Positions 17,787 to 26,800 of a stretch of 63,133 nt of DNA are shown here, piece by piece. Source of the stretch: a virus (taxonomy: Duplodnaviria; Caudoviricetes); IMG/VR virus record IMGVR_UViG_3300005534_000015, positions 1 through 63,133 of that record. One strand, given 5' to 3'. A program made the position numbers and the translations under genes. Position 1 is the stretch's first letter. Every line of letters begins with the position of its first letter. The notes beneath the pieces are model-generated. The model did no database searches. It saw nothing but the letters and a program-made list of their open reading frames with translations, and was not told the DNA's origin.

Positions 17787-20700
17787 AGCACCAACTGCAT
17801 CGCGGTTTGACCAGTAAAACCGTCAAGGTCTTCCTCCAGGATTCCACCTCTACGACCGGTGCCGGTCTGACGGGCCTGACGAGCGCCAGCAGCGGGTTGA
17901 TTGCCTATTATATTCGGGAGGGCGATAACGCAACGACGGCGATTACGTTGTCGGCGGGGACGCTCGGCACCTGGAGCAGCGGCGGGTTCGTTGAAGTCGA
18001 TGCGACTCACATGCCCGGTATCTACGAATTGGGGCTGCCGAATGCCGCCGTCGCCTCGGGGAACAGCGTGGTTGTCGTCATCCGCGGTGCGACAAACCTG
18101 GTGCCGCGGAACCTCGAAATCCAGTTGACGGATACGGACGTGAACGATGGGGTGCGCTTCGGGCTGACCGCGCTTCCGAACGCGGCGGCCGGTGCCACCG
18201 GGGGCGCGGACTGCACCGTGACTCTGGGTGGGACCGCCTCGGCGGGATCGGCGACCTCGATCACCTTAACGGGTGGTTCGGCAACTGATAACTACTACAA
18301 CCACCAGGTCGTGCAGATCGTGGGCGGCACCGGGGTCGGGCAGGCGCGGACCATCGTTAGCTATACCGGCAGTACCAAGGTGGCGATTGTCAATCGCGCC
18401 TGGCGCACCAACCCCGACAACACGAGTGTTTTCGCGGTTAAGGGGATCGATGTGACCCCCTCGATTGGCGTGCTAGGTGGCTTAGCCGTTGCGGCCACGT
18501 CGACCACGATCACCCTCACCAGCGCCGCGGTCGCGACGGATAACTACTATAACGGCTGCCTGATCGTCATTAGCGCCGGCACAGGGCTCACGCAAACCCG
18601 CGTAATCAAGAGCTATGTGGGCAGTACGCAGGTCGCGACGGTGGATCACGCGTGGACGACGACACCGGATACGACCAGTGTGTTCCTGCTGATGCAGACT
18701 GATCTGGCCGCGAAGGACGCCTCGCTGCAGATCGCGGCCAACGCGGTCAACGGAAACGTGACGGGCTCGGTGGGCAGTGTTGTCGGCGGGGTGACGGTGA
18801 CCACGAATAACGATAAGACCGGTTATGGTCTTTCGACGCTGGAAAGCTTCATCCTGCACAGTGGCACTGCGCAGGCAGCGACCTCGACCACGATTGCCCT
18901 GGCAGCATCGGCTTCCAGCGTTGACAGCCTCTACAATGGTGAGGTCATTAAGATATACGGTGGAACTGGGGCAGGTCAGGCCCGGATCATTACTGCTTAC
19001 ACCGGCGTCAGTAAGGCGGCCCTCGTCGACCGGGCATGGATCACCACCCCTGACGCCACCTCCCTCTATGCGATCCTCTCCCTCGATCAGGCAGCCACGG
19101 ATGCTAACCTGGCCATTGCCGCGAACGCTGTCAATGGAAACGTGACGGGTTCGGTGGGGAGCGTCACCGGGAATGTCGGGGGCTCCGTCGCCTCCGTCAC
19201 CGGTAACGTCGGCGGGAATGTCGTCGGCAGCGTGGGCAGTGTTACCGGGAACGTCGGTGGCAACGTGTCGGGGAATGTGACAGGGAGCGTCGGATCGGTC
19301 GCCTCCGGTGGGATCACCGCGGCTTCCTTCGGGTCGGGGGCGCTGGGCGCCGTCTGGGACGAGTCGATCTCCAGCCATACGACCTCGGGGACCTTCGGAC
19401 AGCGCCTGCAGGATGTTCGCTCCGGTACTGCCCAGGCGGGCGCGGCTGGCACGATTACCCTTGACGCCGGGGCCTCAGCGACGAACAGCTTCTACAATAA
19501 CTGCCTGATCTATTTGACCGGCGGGACGGGGGCCGGGCAATCCCGCTTTGTGACCGGCTACGTGGGCGCCACGAAGGTTGCCACAGTCAACGATAACTGG
19601 GTGGTGAACCCGGACAACACCAGTGTCTTCGTTATCCTGCCGTGGGACGCGGTAACGCAGGTGATCGGCGCCGTGGGCTCGGTCACCGGCAACGTGGGCG
19701 GCAGCGTCGGCTCGGTGACGGGGAACGTCGGGGGCAGTGTGGCTTCGGTGACCGGGAATGTCGGCGGCAGCGTCAACAGCGTGACGAGCCCGGTTCCCGT
19801 GCAGAGCGGCACTGGCGCCAATCAGATCAATCTCTCCAGCGGCAACGTCGGTGTCCAGAGCGGCACGGGGGCGAACCAGATCAGCCTGACGAGCGGCGCG
19901 GTGACCGTCGGCACGAACAACGATAAGACGGGCTACTCCCTCCTGAACGGCTCGGTGACCAGCAGCACTTTTGCCGCCGGGGCGCTCGGGGCCGTCTGGG
20001 ACGAGAGCCTGGCAAGCCACACGACCAGCGGGACCTTTGGGCAGGCGCTGCAGAAGATCCGGACGGGCACGGCCCAGGCGGGGGCCAGCACCTCGATCAC
20101 GCTTGACGCGGGTGCGAGCGCCACCGACAGCTTCTATAACAACGGGCTGCTCTTTATTACGAGCGGGACGGGCCAGCACCAGGCGCGGTTCATTACCGCT
20201 TATGTGGGGGCGACGAAGGTGGCGACGGTCGGCTCCGCCTGGGCGACCAATCCGGACAGCACCAGCGTTTTCGAGATCATCCCGTTCGATGCGATCTCCA
20301 TTCCTTCGGTGCCGACGGCCGCGCAAAACGCCGCCGCCGTCTGGAATGAGCCGCGCGCCAGCCACACGACGGCCGGAACGTTCGGCGAAGGGGTCGCGGC
20401 CGTTGAAGGGAACGTGACCGGCAGCGTCAACAGCGTCACGAGTGCCGTCACGGTGGGCACCAACAACGACAAGACCGGTTACGGCCTCTCCAGCCTGGAG
20501 AGCTTCCTCCTGCAGAACGGAACGGCCCAGGCGGGCGCCGCGACGACGATTACGCTGGCTGCGGGTGCTTCGGCCACGGACAACCTGTATGTGGGCCAGG
20601 TGATTAAACTGTATGGCGGCACCGGCAGCGGACAAGCGCGGGTCATCACCGGCTATGTCGGCAGCACGAAGGTCGCTACCGTCGACCGGGCATGGCAGAC

Positions 20701-21421
20701 CAATCCGGATAACACGACGACCTACGCCGTGCTGGCGTTTGATCTGGCGGCGACGGACAGCTCCCTGCGGGTGACGGCTAACTCCGTTTCGGGGGACGTG
20801 GCGGGCAGCGTGAACAGTGTGGCGACCGCCGTGACCGTGGGGACGAATAACGATAAGACGGGCTATTCCCTCTCGGGCGCCGGCATCGCCGCGATCTGGA
20901 ATGCACTGACCTCCGGCTTCTCGACCGTCGGTTCCATCGGTCTCAAGCTCGCGAACTGGGCGCTCGGTTCCGATAATCGCGCGCTCGTTTCGGCCGACAC
21001 ACACACGAGCGGGGAGACTGTAGCCGCCGTGACCGGCGCCGTCGGCAGCGTGGCCGGTAATGTCGCCGGCTCGGTGGGCTCGGTCACTGGCGCGGTTGGC
21101 AGCGTGACTGCCGCGGTGACGGTTGGCACGAACAACGACAAAACCGGCTACAGTCTGGCTACAACCCCGCCGACCGCCGCGCAGGTCGCGACGCAGGTGC
21201 TGACCAGCACGAACCTGTCCGAGAACGCGCAGGGTCTACCACCCGTTACGCCCACGCTGGCCGAACTGCTGATGTATTTCTACATGGAATGGCGCAACAC
21301 CGCCACCTCGACCGCCTCGCTGAAAGCGGTGGAGAATGACGCGGGGTCGGTCATTTCGAAGGCCAGTCTCAGTGACGACGGGACCACCTTCACCAAGAGC
21401 AAGATGCAGAGCGGGCCATGA
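17783..21421 (+). CDS. Large modular repeat fibre/decoration protein (~1212 aa)
   Basis: Start MKHQLHRG at 17783 (ATGA overlap); 6 copies of a ~72 aa GTAQAG...YN...GGTG.GQ.R...W.T.PD module, 5 VTVGTNNDKTGY motifs, 3 AVWDE..SHTTSGTFG motifs, VGSVTGNVGG tracts. Confidence 0.75.
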   Translation: MKHQLHRGLTSKTVKVFLQDSTSTTGAGLTGLTSASSGLIAYYIREGDNATTAITLSAGTLGTWSSGGFVEVDATHMPGIYELGLPNAAVASGNSVVVVIRGATNLVPRNLEIQLTDTDVNDGVRFGLTALPNAAAGATGGADCTVTLGGTASAGSATSITLTGGSATDNYYNHQVVQIVGGTGVGQARTIVSYTGSTKVAIVNRAWRTNPDNTSVFAVKGIDVTPSIGVLGGLAVAATSTTITLTSAAVATDNYYNGCLIVISAGTGLTQTRVIKSYVGSTQVATVDHAWTTTPDTTSVFLLMQTDLAAKDASLQIAANAVNGNVTGSVGSVVGGVTVTTNNDKTGYGLSTLESFILHSGTAQAATSTTIALAASASSVDSLYNGEVIKIYGGTGAGQARIITAYTGVSKAALVDRAWITTPDATSLYAILSLDQAATDANLAIAANAVNGNVTGSVGSVTGNVGGSVASVTGNVGGNVVGSVGSVTGNVGGNVSGNVTGSVGSVASGGITAASFGSGALGAVWDESISSHTTSGTFGQRLQDVRSGTAQAGAAGTITLDAGASATNSFYNNCLIYLTGGTGAGQSRFVTGYVGATKVATVNDNWVVNPDNTSVFVILPWDAVTQVIGAVGSVTGNVGGSVGSVTGNVGGSVASVTGNVGGSVNSVTSPVPVQSGTGANQINLSSGNVGVQSGTGANQISLTSGAVTVGTNNDKTGYSLLNGSVTSSTFAAGALGAVWDESLASHTTSGTFGQALQKIRTGTAQAGASTSITLDAGASATDSFYNNGLLFITSGTGQHQARFITAYVGATKVATVGSAWATNPDSTSVFEIIPFDAISIPSVPTAAQNAAAVWNEPRASHTTAGTFGEGVAAVEGNVTGSVNSVTSAVTVGTNNDKTGYGLSSLESFLLQNGTAQAGAATTITLAAGASATDNLYVGQVIKLYGGTGSGQARVITGYVGSTKVATVDRAWQTNPDNTTTYAVLAFDLAATDSSLRVTANSVSGDVAGSVNSVATAVTVGTNNDKTGYSLSGAGIAAIWNALTSGFSTVGSIGLKLANWALGSDNRALVSADTHTSGETVAAVTGAVGSVAGNVAGSVGSVTGAVGSVTAAVTVGTNNDKTGYSLATTPPTAAQVATQVLTSTNLSENAQGLPPVTPTLAELLMYFYMEWRNTATSTASLKAVENDAGSVISKASLSDDGTTFTKSKMQSGP

Positions 21422-21636
21422 TCGATACCGCGCAGAAACGAAGATCAGCGCTGTCCCAGGGCGGGTGGGCTCACATCCTACCTCTCCCTTCCGGCACGGT
21501 CGATCAGGGCGCGCAGCAGGACGTGCTGTGGGTCTACCGGGGTATCCTGGCGGGGCAGTTTATCGTTCCGCCGCTGGTCAACTACGTCGCCACCGTCGCC
21601 GATCTCGGGCAGTATGTCGCTACGGTCGTGGGGTAA
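21418..21636 (+). CDS. Small virion-associated protein
   Basis: ATGA-coupled to the fibre gene. Confidence 0.6.
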   Translation: MIDTAQKRRSALSQGGWAHILPLPSGTVDQGAQQDVLWVYRGILAGQFIVPPLVNYVATVADLGQYVATVVG

Positions 21637-21642
21637 ACCATT

Positions 21643-22023
21643 ATGAGCGATTACAGCGATTTTTCGCTTTCGTTTACCCGCGGCGACACGCATCTGTTCC
21701 GCTTCACCGTGGTCGACAAATTGACGGGGGTCGTGCAAAACATCACGACGTGGCAGAAGTTCTGGGTGACGGGGAAGTTGCACCTGTCCGACAGCGATGC
21801 CAACGCGGTGTTCGAATTGACCCTCGGCAGCGGCATCGCCCTGATCGACCCGTCGCATGGCCTGGCCGAGGTCACCATCTCGCCGACCAACACCGCCTCC
21901 CTCGATTTTCGGAAGTATACCCTGTTTGGCGACATTCAGGGGAAAGATACCACGGGTAATATCTGGACGCTCGCCAAGGGGACGTTCGTCATTACCTCTG
22001 ATGTGACGCAGGCGACGAGTTAG
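21643..22023 (+). CDS. BppU-like beta-sandwich structural protein
   Basis: TRGDT..F.FTV...G.AEVTISP..T..L....Y..DIQ......TL.KG.F....DVT pattern. Confidence 0.6.
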   Translation: MSDYSDFSLSFTRGDTHLFRFTVVDKLTGVVQNITTWQKFWVTGKLHLSDSDANAVFELTLGSGIALIDPSHGLAEVTISPTNTASLDFRKYTLFGDIQGKDTTGNIWTLAKGTFVITSDVTQATS

Positions 22024-22027
22024 GGGC

Positions 22028-22055
22028 AGCCGGCCCCTGGTCAGAGGGGCCGGCT
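22028..22055. terminator. GC-rich hairpin at the end of the fibre operon
   Basis: AGCCGGCCCCT-GGTCAG-AGGGGCCGGCT, perfect 11 bp stem. Confidence 0.65.
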
Positions 22056-22087
22056 CTTGGAACGCGCCCTTCGATACGAACGCGCCC

Positions 22088-22116
22088 ATCTTACCGGGAT
22101 GATAACGGCGCGTCAA
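22088..22116 (-). promoter_or_regulatory. Antisense sigma70-type promoter
   Basis: TTGACG-17 nt-TAAGAT on the minus strand, pointing at the 22028-22055 hairpin. Confidence 0.5.
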
Positions 22117-22157
22117 GCGGGAAAGACCCGCTGCTGTTTCGAGGAAGAGAAGGCCCG

Positions 22158-22730
22158 ATGAATTGGATACCCGCTGTCAAGCGTTCCTTCGACATCGAGA
22201 CGTTCGAGCAGTATGTGCATGTGCTGCCGTTTCACGCATGGCGACCCCAGTTTATCGTTCTCCACAACACCGGCGTTCCCCGTCTCGATCAGTGGCACCA
22301 GTACCCCGTGGCGGTTCGCATGAACGGGTTGGAGCATTACTATCGCGACGTCATGCAGTGGCACGCCGGCCCGCATCTGTTCGTGTCGGACACGGAGATC
22401 AGCGTGTTTACCCCGTTGACGGTCCCCGGCGTTCATTCGCCGAGCTGGAACGCGATTTCGTGGGGTGTCGAAATGGTCGGCGACTTTACGGCGGAAGCGT
22501 TTGATCCGAAGGTGAAAACAAACGCTGTGGCGGCGATAGCCTCGCTCTGCGCGGCGATTGGGATGGACAGTCACACGCTGCGGCTGCACAAAGAGGACCC
22601 GGCCACCACGCATAAAGAATGCCCCGGTATTCATGTCGACAAACAGGAGATGATCGACGCGGTTCACGCTTTGATTCTGGCCCGTCACAGCGGCGAGCAT
22701 TCCGTCAGCGGTGCTCTGCCCAACCCTTAG
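22158..22730 (+). CDS. Endolysin, N-acetylmuramoyl-L-alanine amidase (Amidase_2)
   Basis: IVLHNT, GPHLFV, GVHSPSWNAISWGVEMVGDF, LHKE...KECPG Zn ligands. Confidence 0.85.
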   Translation: MNWIPAVKRSFDIETFEQYVHVLPFHAWRPQFIVLHNTGVPRLDQWHQYPVAVRMNGLEHYYRDVMQWHAGPHLFVSDTEISVFTPLTVPGVHSPSWNAISWGVEMVGDFTAEAFDPKVKTNAVAAIASLCAAIGMDSHTLRLHKEDPATTHKECPGIHVDKQEMIDAVHALILARHSGEHSVSGALPNP

Positions 22731-22741
22731 GAGAAAGTTTC

Positions 22742-23161
22742 ATGTGGAGTTTGCTCGTTCAAAAAATTTTAGGTGGTTTGGAAATGACCGGCGTGAAGTC
22801 TCTGATTCACCAGTTGGAGCATTTCGTGGCCCCTTACGCCGTGAAGGACATCAGCGGCGCGGTCGGCGATTTACTCGTCGAAGGGGTCAACGCGGCGGTG
22901 GCAGCCGCGGTGAACACTCTCGATAAGGATAAAGCAGGCGATTTTGCCCACGGCTATGTGGCGGAAATCGAACACGATTTACTGGCCCTGACCCAGGCGC
23001 TGACTGAATACGTTCCACTGCAGGTCGCGGTGGAAGACGCGATCAAACAATTCGGGTCCGGATCGAAAGAAGCGAACGCCGCCATTGATACGAGAAACGC
23101 CGGAGTCGACGCCATCAAGACCGACATCGCCGGTTTGTTTACTCACATGGTGAAGATTTAA
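22742..23161 (+). CDS. Hypothetical protein downstream of the endolysin
   Basis: AGGAG RBS; amphipathic helices. Confidence 0.55.
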   Translation: MWSLLVQKILGGLEMTGVKSLIHQLEHFVAPYAVKDISGAVGDLLVEGVNAAVAAAVNTLDKDKAGDFAHGYVAEIEHDLLALTQALTEYVPLQVAVEDAIKQFGSGSKEANAAIDTRNAGVDAIKTDIAGLFTHMVKI

Positions 23162-23190
23162 CTCCAAAAAGACAATTGTTTTGTGACAGC

Positions 23191-23234
23191 GGGTACAATA
23201 ATCGCAGGGACTCTGAATCCCTGCGATTTTTATT
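23191..23234 (+). promoter_or_regulatory. Promoter motif GGGTACAATAA overlapping a terminator hairpin
   Basis: AATCGCAGGGA-CTCTGAA-TCCCTGCGATT followed by TTTATT. Confidence 0.6.
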
Positions 23235-23255
23235 GCCTTTTACGGGAGCGAATCA

Positions 23256-23834
23256 ATGGGTGCGGCGTTGGAGTGGAGCTTAAACCTCGTGAAGCCCGAT
23301 GCCGTCCGGCGCGGGCTGGTGGGCCGTATCATCTCCCGTTTTGAGGACAAAGGCTTGCGCTTGGTCGGGATGAAACTGGTCTGGCCGTCCCGCGCGATGA
23401 TCGAAGCGAGCTATACCGATAACGCCGAGGAAGAGTGGTTCCCGGCGCTGCTCGATTATATGACGAGCGGCCCGGTGGTCGCGATGGTGTGGGAAGGCCC
23501 GAATGCGAACGCGGCGGCGCGCCAAATCATCGGGAAGAAAGACCCGATGAAATCGGACGCGGGCTCTATCCGGGCCGATTACAACATCGAAATGGTCAAA
23601 ACGGTCGTTCACGGGTCGCGCACGCCGGAGGAAGCGGAAGCCGAAATCGGCATCTGGTTCTTCGGGCAGGGGCCAAAACCGATCTGGGACTGCATCCTGG
23701 GCACCGAAGCGGACAATCCGGATACCGGGGGTGACGGCGCGGACGACGACACCGAGACAAGTAACTCAAAGGCGCCCGTTATGCCGGGGAAGGCGATCCA
23801 CGCGATTGACCCCGGTAAGGAAGCGGGAAGCTGA
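23256..23834 (+). CDS. ndk: Nucleoside diphosphate kinase with acidic C-terminal extension
   Basis: LVKPDAVRRGLVGRIISRFEDKGL, YMTSGPVVAMVWEG, GSIRADY, catalytic VHGS, AEAEIGIWF. Confidence 0.92.
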   Translation: MGAALEWSLNLVKPDAVRRGLVGRIISRFEDKGLRLVGMKLVWPSRAMIEASYTDNAEEEWFPALLDYMTSGPVVAMVWEGPNANAAARQIIGKKDPMKSDAGSIRADYNIEMVKTVVHGSRTPEEAEAEIGIWFFGQGPKPIWDCILGTEADNPDTGGDGADDDTETSNSKAPVMPGKAIHAIDPGKEAGS

Positions 23835-26800
23835 TGCCGTACGCCAGCGTGAAGCAGCTTCCGGCCGCGGTAAAACGCCTTCCGGGGCACGCAAAGCGCA
23901 TCTTCCGCGCCGCCTTCAACTCGGCCTATAAGCAGCATTCGGGTGACGAAACGACGGCGTTCAAGATCGGGTGGTCCGCTGTAAAGAAGCAGTACCGCAA
24001 GCAGGGAGACCGCTGGGTGGCCCGGCAGCAGGACGCGCAAGGAGACAACGAGATGAAGCGGCTCTGGGCCGATTTGAGCACCGTTTACAAGAGTTACCTG
24101 GACCAGGCGCCGATGGGCGACCTGACCAACGTCAAGGACGCGCTGGAGCTGATCGAAGGGCTGAACCAGGCGGCGGAGCCGGAGATGGTGGCCCTGCGGC
24201 AGCTCGAAGAGACCTGTGTCCCCGCCATCGGCTTCGATCTGGAGCAGGACTATAACTACAACCGGTATAAGGAGAGCGGCCTCAACAACAGCGAGACGCA
24301 TCACAACTCCTACCCCGGCAGCCTGCAGCATCAGATTCGCTGTGTCTGTCTGGCCGCGCACGCGGACGAAGAGGTTTCCGAGTACCTGGGTGATTACGGG
24401 TTCATTCTCGCCGTTTATCCCAATTACATTATCACCTGCGCCGCCGACGATTACGAGGCTCAATCGGCCGACTACTGGCAAGTCGACTACACCTTCAACA
24501 AGAACACGTTCGCCGTCACGTTCGGTGACGCGAAGCAGGTCGATGTCGGTGTGGTCGTGGTCCCTAAAGGAACGATGCCGCAGGAAACTCCGGAGAAGGA
24601 AGCGGCGGAGAACGGGGACGGCGCGGATGACGACATGCAGGATCAGGACGCCGGCCAGAATTTCAAGACCGAGGGCGGCCAGAAGTTTTCAAAAGGCGCT
24701 TACCTGATCGTGCCGGACGCTGAGAAGCCTTCTACCTGGAAAATCCGTATCGAGGAGACGCCCGGCAAAGTCACCGTGCCGCAGTTGGGCCGCGCCTACG
24801 CGGCCCTCACCAAAGGGTTCCGCGGCAACAAGGTGCAGGCGTCCTCGGGCGACAAGAGCGCGGCCCTGGCGGCGCTGAAGGCCAAATACAAGGCGATGGG
24901 CGCCGATTGGCCCGGCAGCGAGAAGCAGGAAGCCGACGACACGCCCGATTGGGTGCTGCAGGGGCTGGACCCGCCGGGCGGCGACGAGACACTCGTCCAA
25001 TCGCAAACCTGCCTGCTGCAGGTGAAAGAGCTGGACGAGGAGTCTGGCATCCTGAAGGTCTCGGGGATCGCGACCACCGGCAACGTCGTCAACGCGAAGA
25101 ACCAGGTTTACCCGACGCAGGTGTGGCAGGACAACATGCCGCGGCTGACCCGGATGATCGAGCAGGGCAAACTGGTCGGCGAGATCCAGCACCCGGCGGA
25201 TGGGAAGCCGACGCTGGACCGGACGGTGATGAAGTATACGAAGCTCGAACTCGCGGGCGACGAACTCAAATTTGAGGCAGATATTCTTCCGACCGACCCC
25301 CACGGGAAGAATTTGCAGGTCCTCATTCAGAATGGCGTTTCGGTCGATATTTCCAGCCGGGGAGCCGGGAGTATGAAGGTGGGCGACTGGAACGGAACGC
25401 CAGGGGTCAGCATCGTGCAGCGGGGTTTCCGCAACGATGCGTTCGACGCAGTGATCTCTGGCGCAAGTCCGGGGTCAACCATTACCGGCTGGCAATTGCA
25501 GTCAGCGGACAATCAAACACCGGAGGATACGGAGGAAGAGATGGAACTGAAGGAAGTTGTTGAAAAGCTCGCAGCTTCGGTGGCGGCGCTGGCTGCGGGT
25601 CAGGAGAAGATCACCGCTGATTTGAAACAGGCGAAGGACACCGAGATCACGAAGGTCGAGGCCGTGAAGCCGGAAGAGAAGCCGGTGGAGCAGGGTCTGA
25701 CGACCGTGCATCCGGAGATCGAGCGGGCCTCGCAGATGGCGGCTCTGATGGAGCAGTCGCTCGTGCGCGGCCGGGTCGAGAGCATGGTCGAAGAGACCAA
25801 AGCTAAGGGTGAGTGGGCACCGGCGTTCATCAACGCCTACCGCAAGCAGTTGACCAATGCCAACTGCAAGACGCTCGCCGAGCTGGAGCAGACGAACGAG
25901 CGGGTGACGAAGCTGATCGCCGACATGGTGCAGGACGCGCCGAAGTTCCCCGGCAAGGGCTTCAGCGTGCAGAAGGACGTGGGCGAGCGGGGGCTGCAGA
26001 CGCCGCGCGAGGTGATCGAGGCGCTGGTCGCCGACCTCCCCGACGATCTGCCGGGAATGGACTCGGGGATGAAGCACTTCATCCAGCAGGACGAGAACGG
26101 TGAGCCCGTCGTCCCGAACCACCTGATGACCCCGCGCCGGCAGATGCGGAAGGTCCTGACGAACATGGCGAAGTTCCGCACCGCCGGTTTCGACGGCCCG
26201 GCGGCCATTCAAGGTCTGATGCTGCTGTCGCAGGGTCACGATCCGAGTTTTGTCGCGGAGCAGTTCCTGGACCAGTCCATTCCCTCGGGCGTGACGGCGG
26301 TCGGCAACTCGGGCGCCCCGTCTTCCGCGATCTTCATCTTCCCGCTGGTGCGGCGCGTCTATCCGCAGTTGATTGCGACCGAAGTGGCTTCGGTGCAGCC
26401 GATGGACCGGCCCGATGGGAAGATTTTCTACCTGGACGCGTATCGCCAGTCGCCGGGCACTGACTCGGTGGACATGGGTGGCAATACGGTCTCGGGCGAG
26501 ATGCGGATCGACCGGTCGGACTCGTTCTCCTCGTCCTACGCCAATAACCCCGGCGAGTTGAACACGGCGCAGCTCATCCAGCTTCGCCTGTCGAACATTT
26601 CGGTCACGGCAGACAACAAGAAGCTTTACGCCTCGTGGAGCATTGAAGAGCTGCAGGACCTCCGGGCTTACCACGGTCTCGACGCGAGCCTGGAGCTGGT
26701 CGGGTCGCTCGCCCGCGAGATCGCGCTGGAGTGGAACCAGATCGTGCTGCAGGAGATGCTGAACGGCGCGACGGCCGGTAACGAGAACTTCGGCACGACC

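Noticed and set aside
19130-19790. Tandem DNA repeats that might be a CRISPR array or DGR repeats
   Set aside because: They are degenerate codon-level copies of VGSVTGNVGG with synonymous variation; no spacers, cas genes or reverse transcriptase in the window
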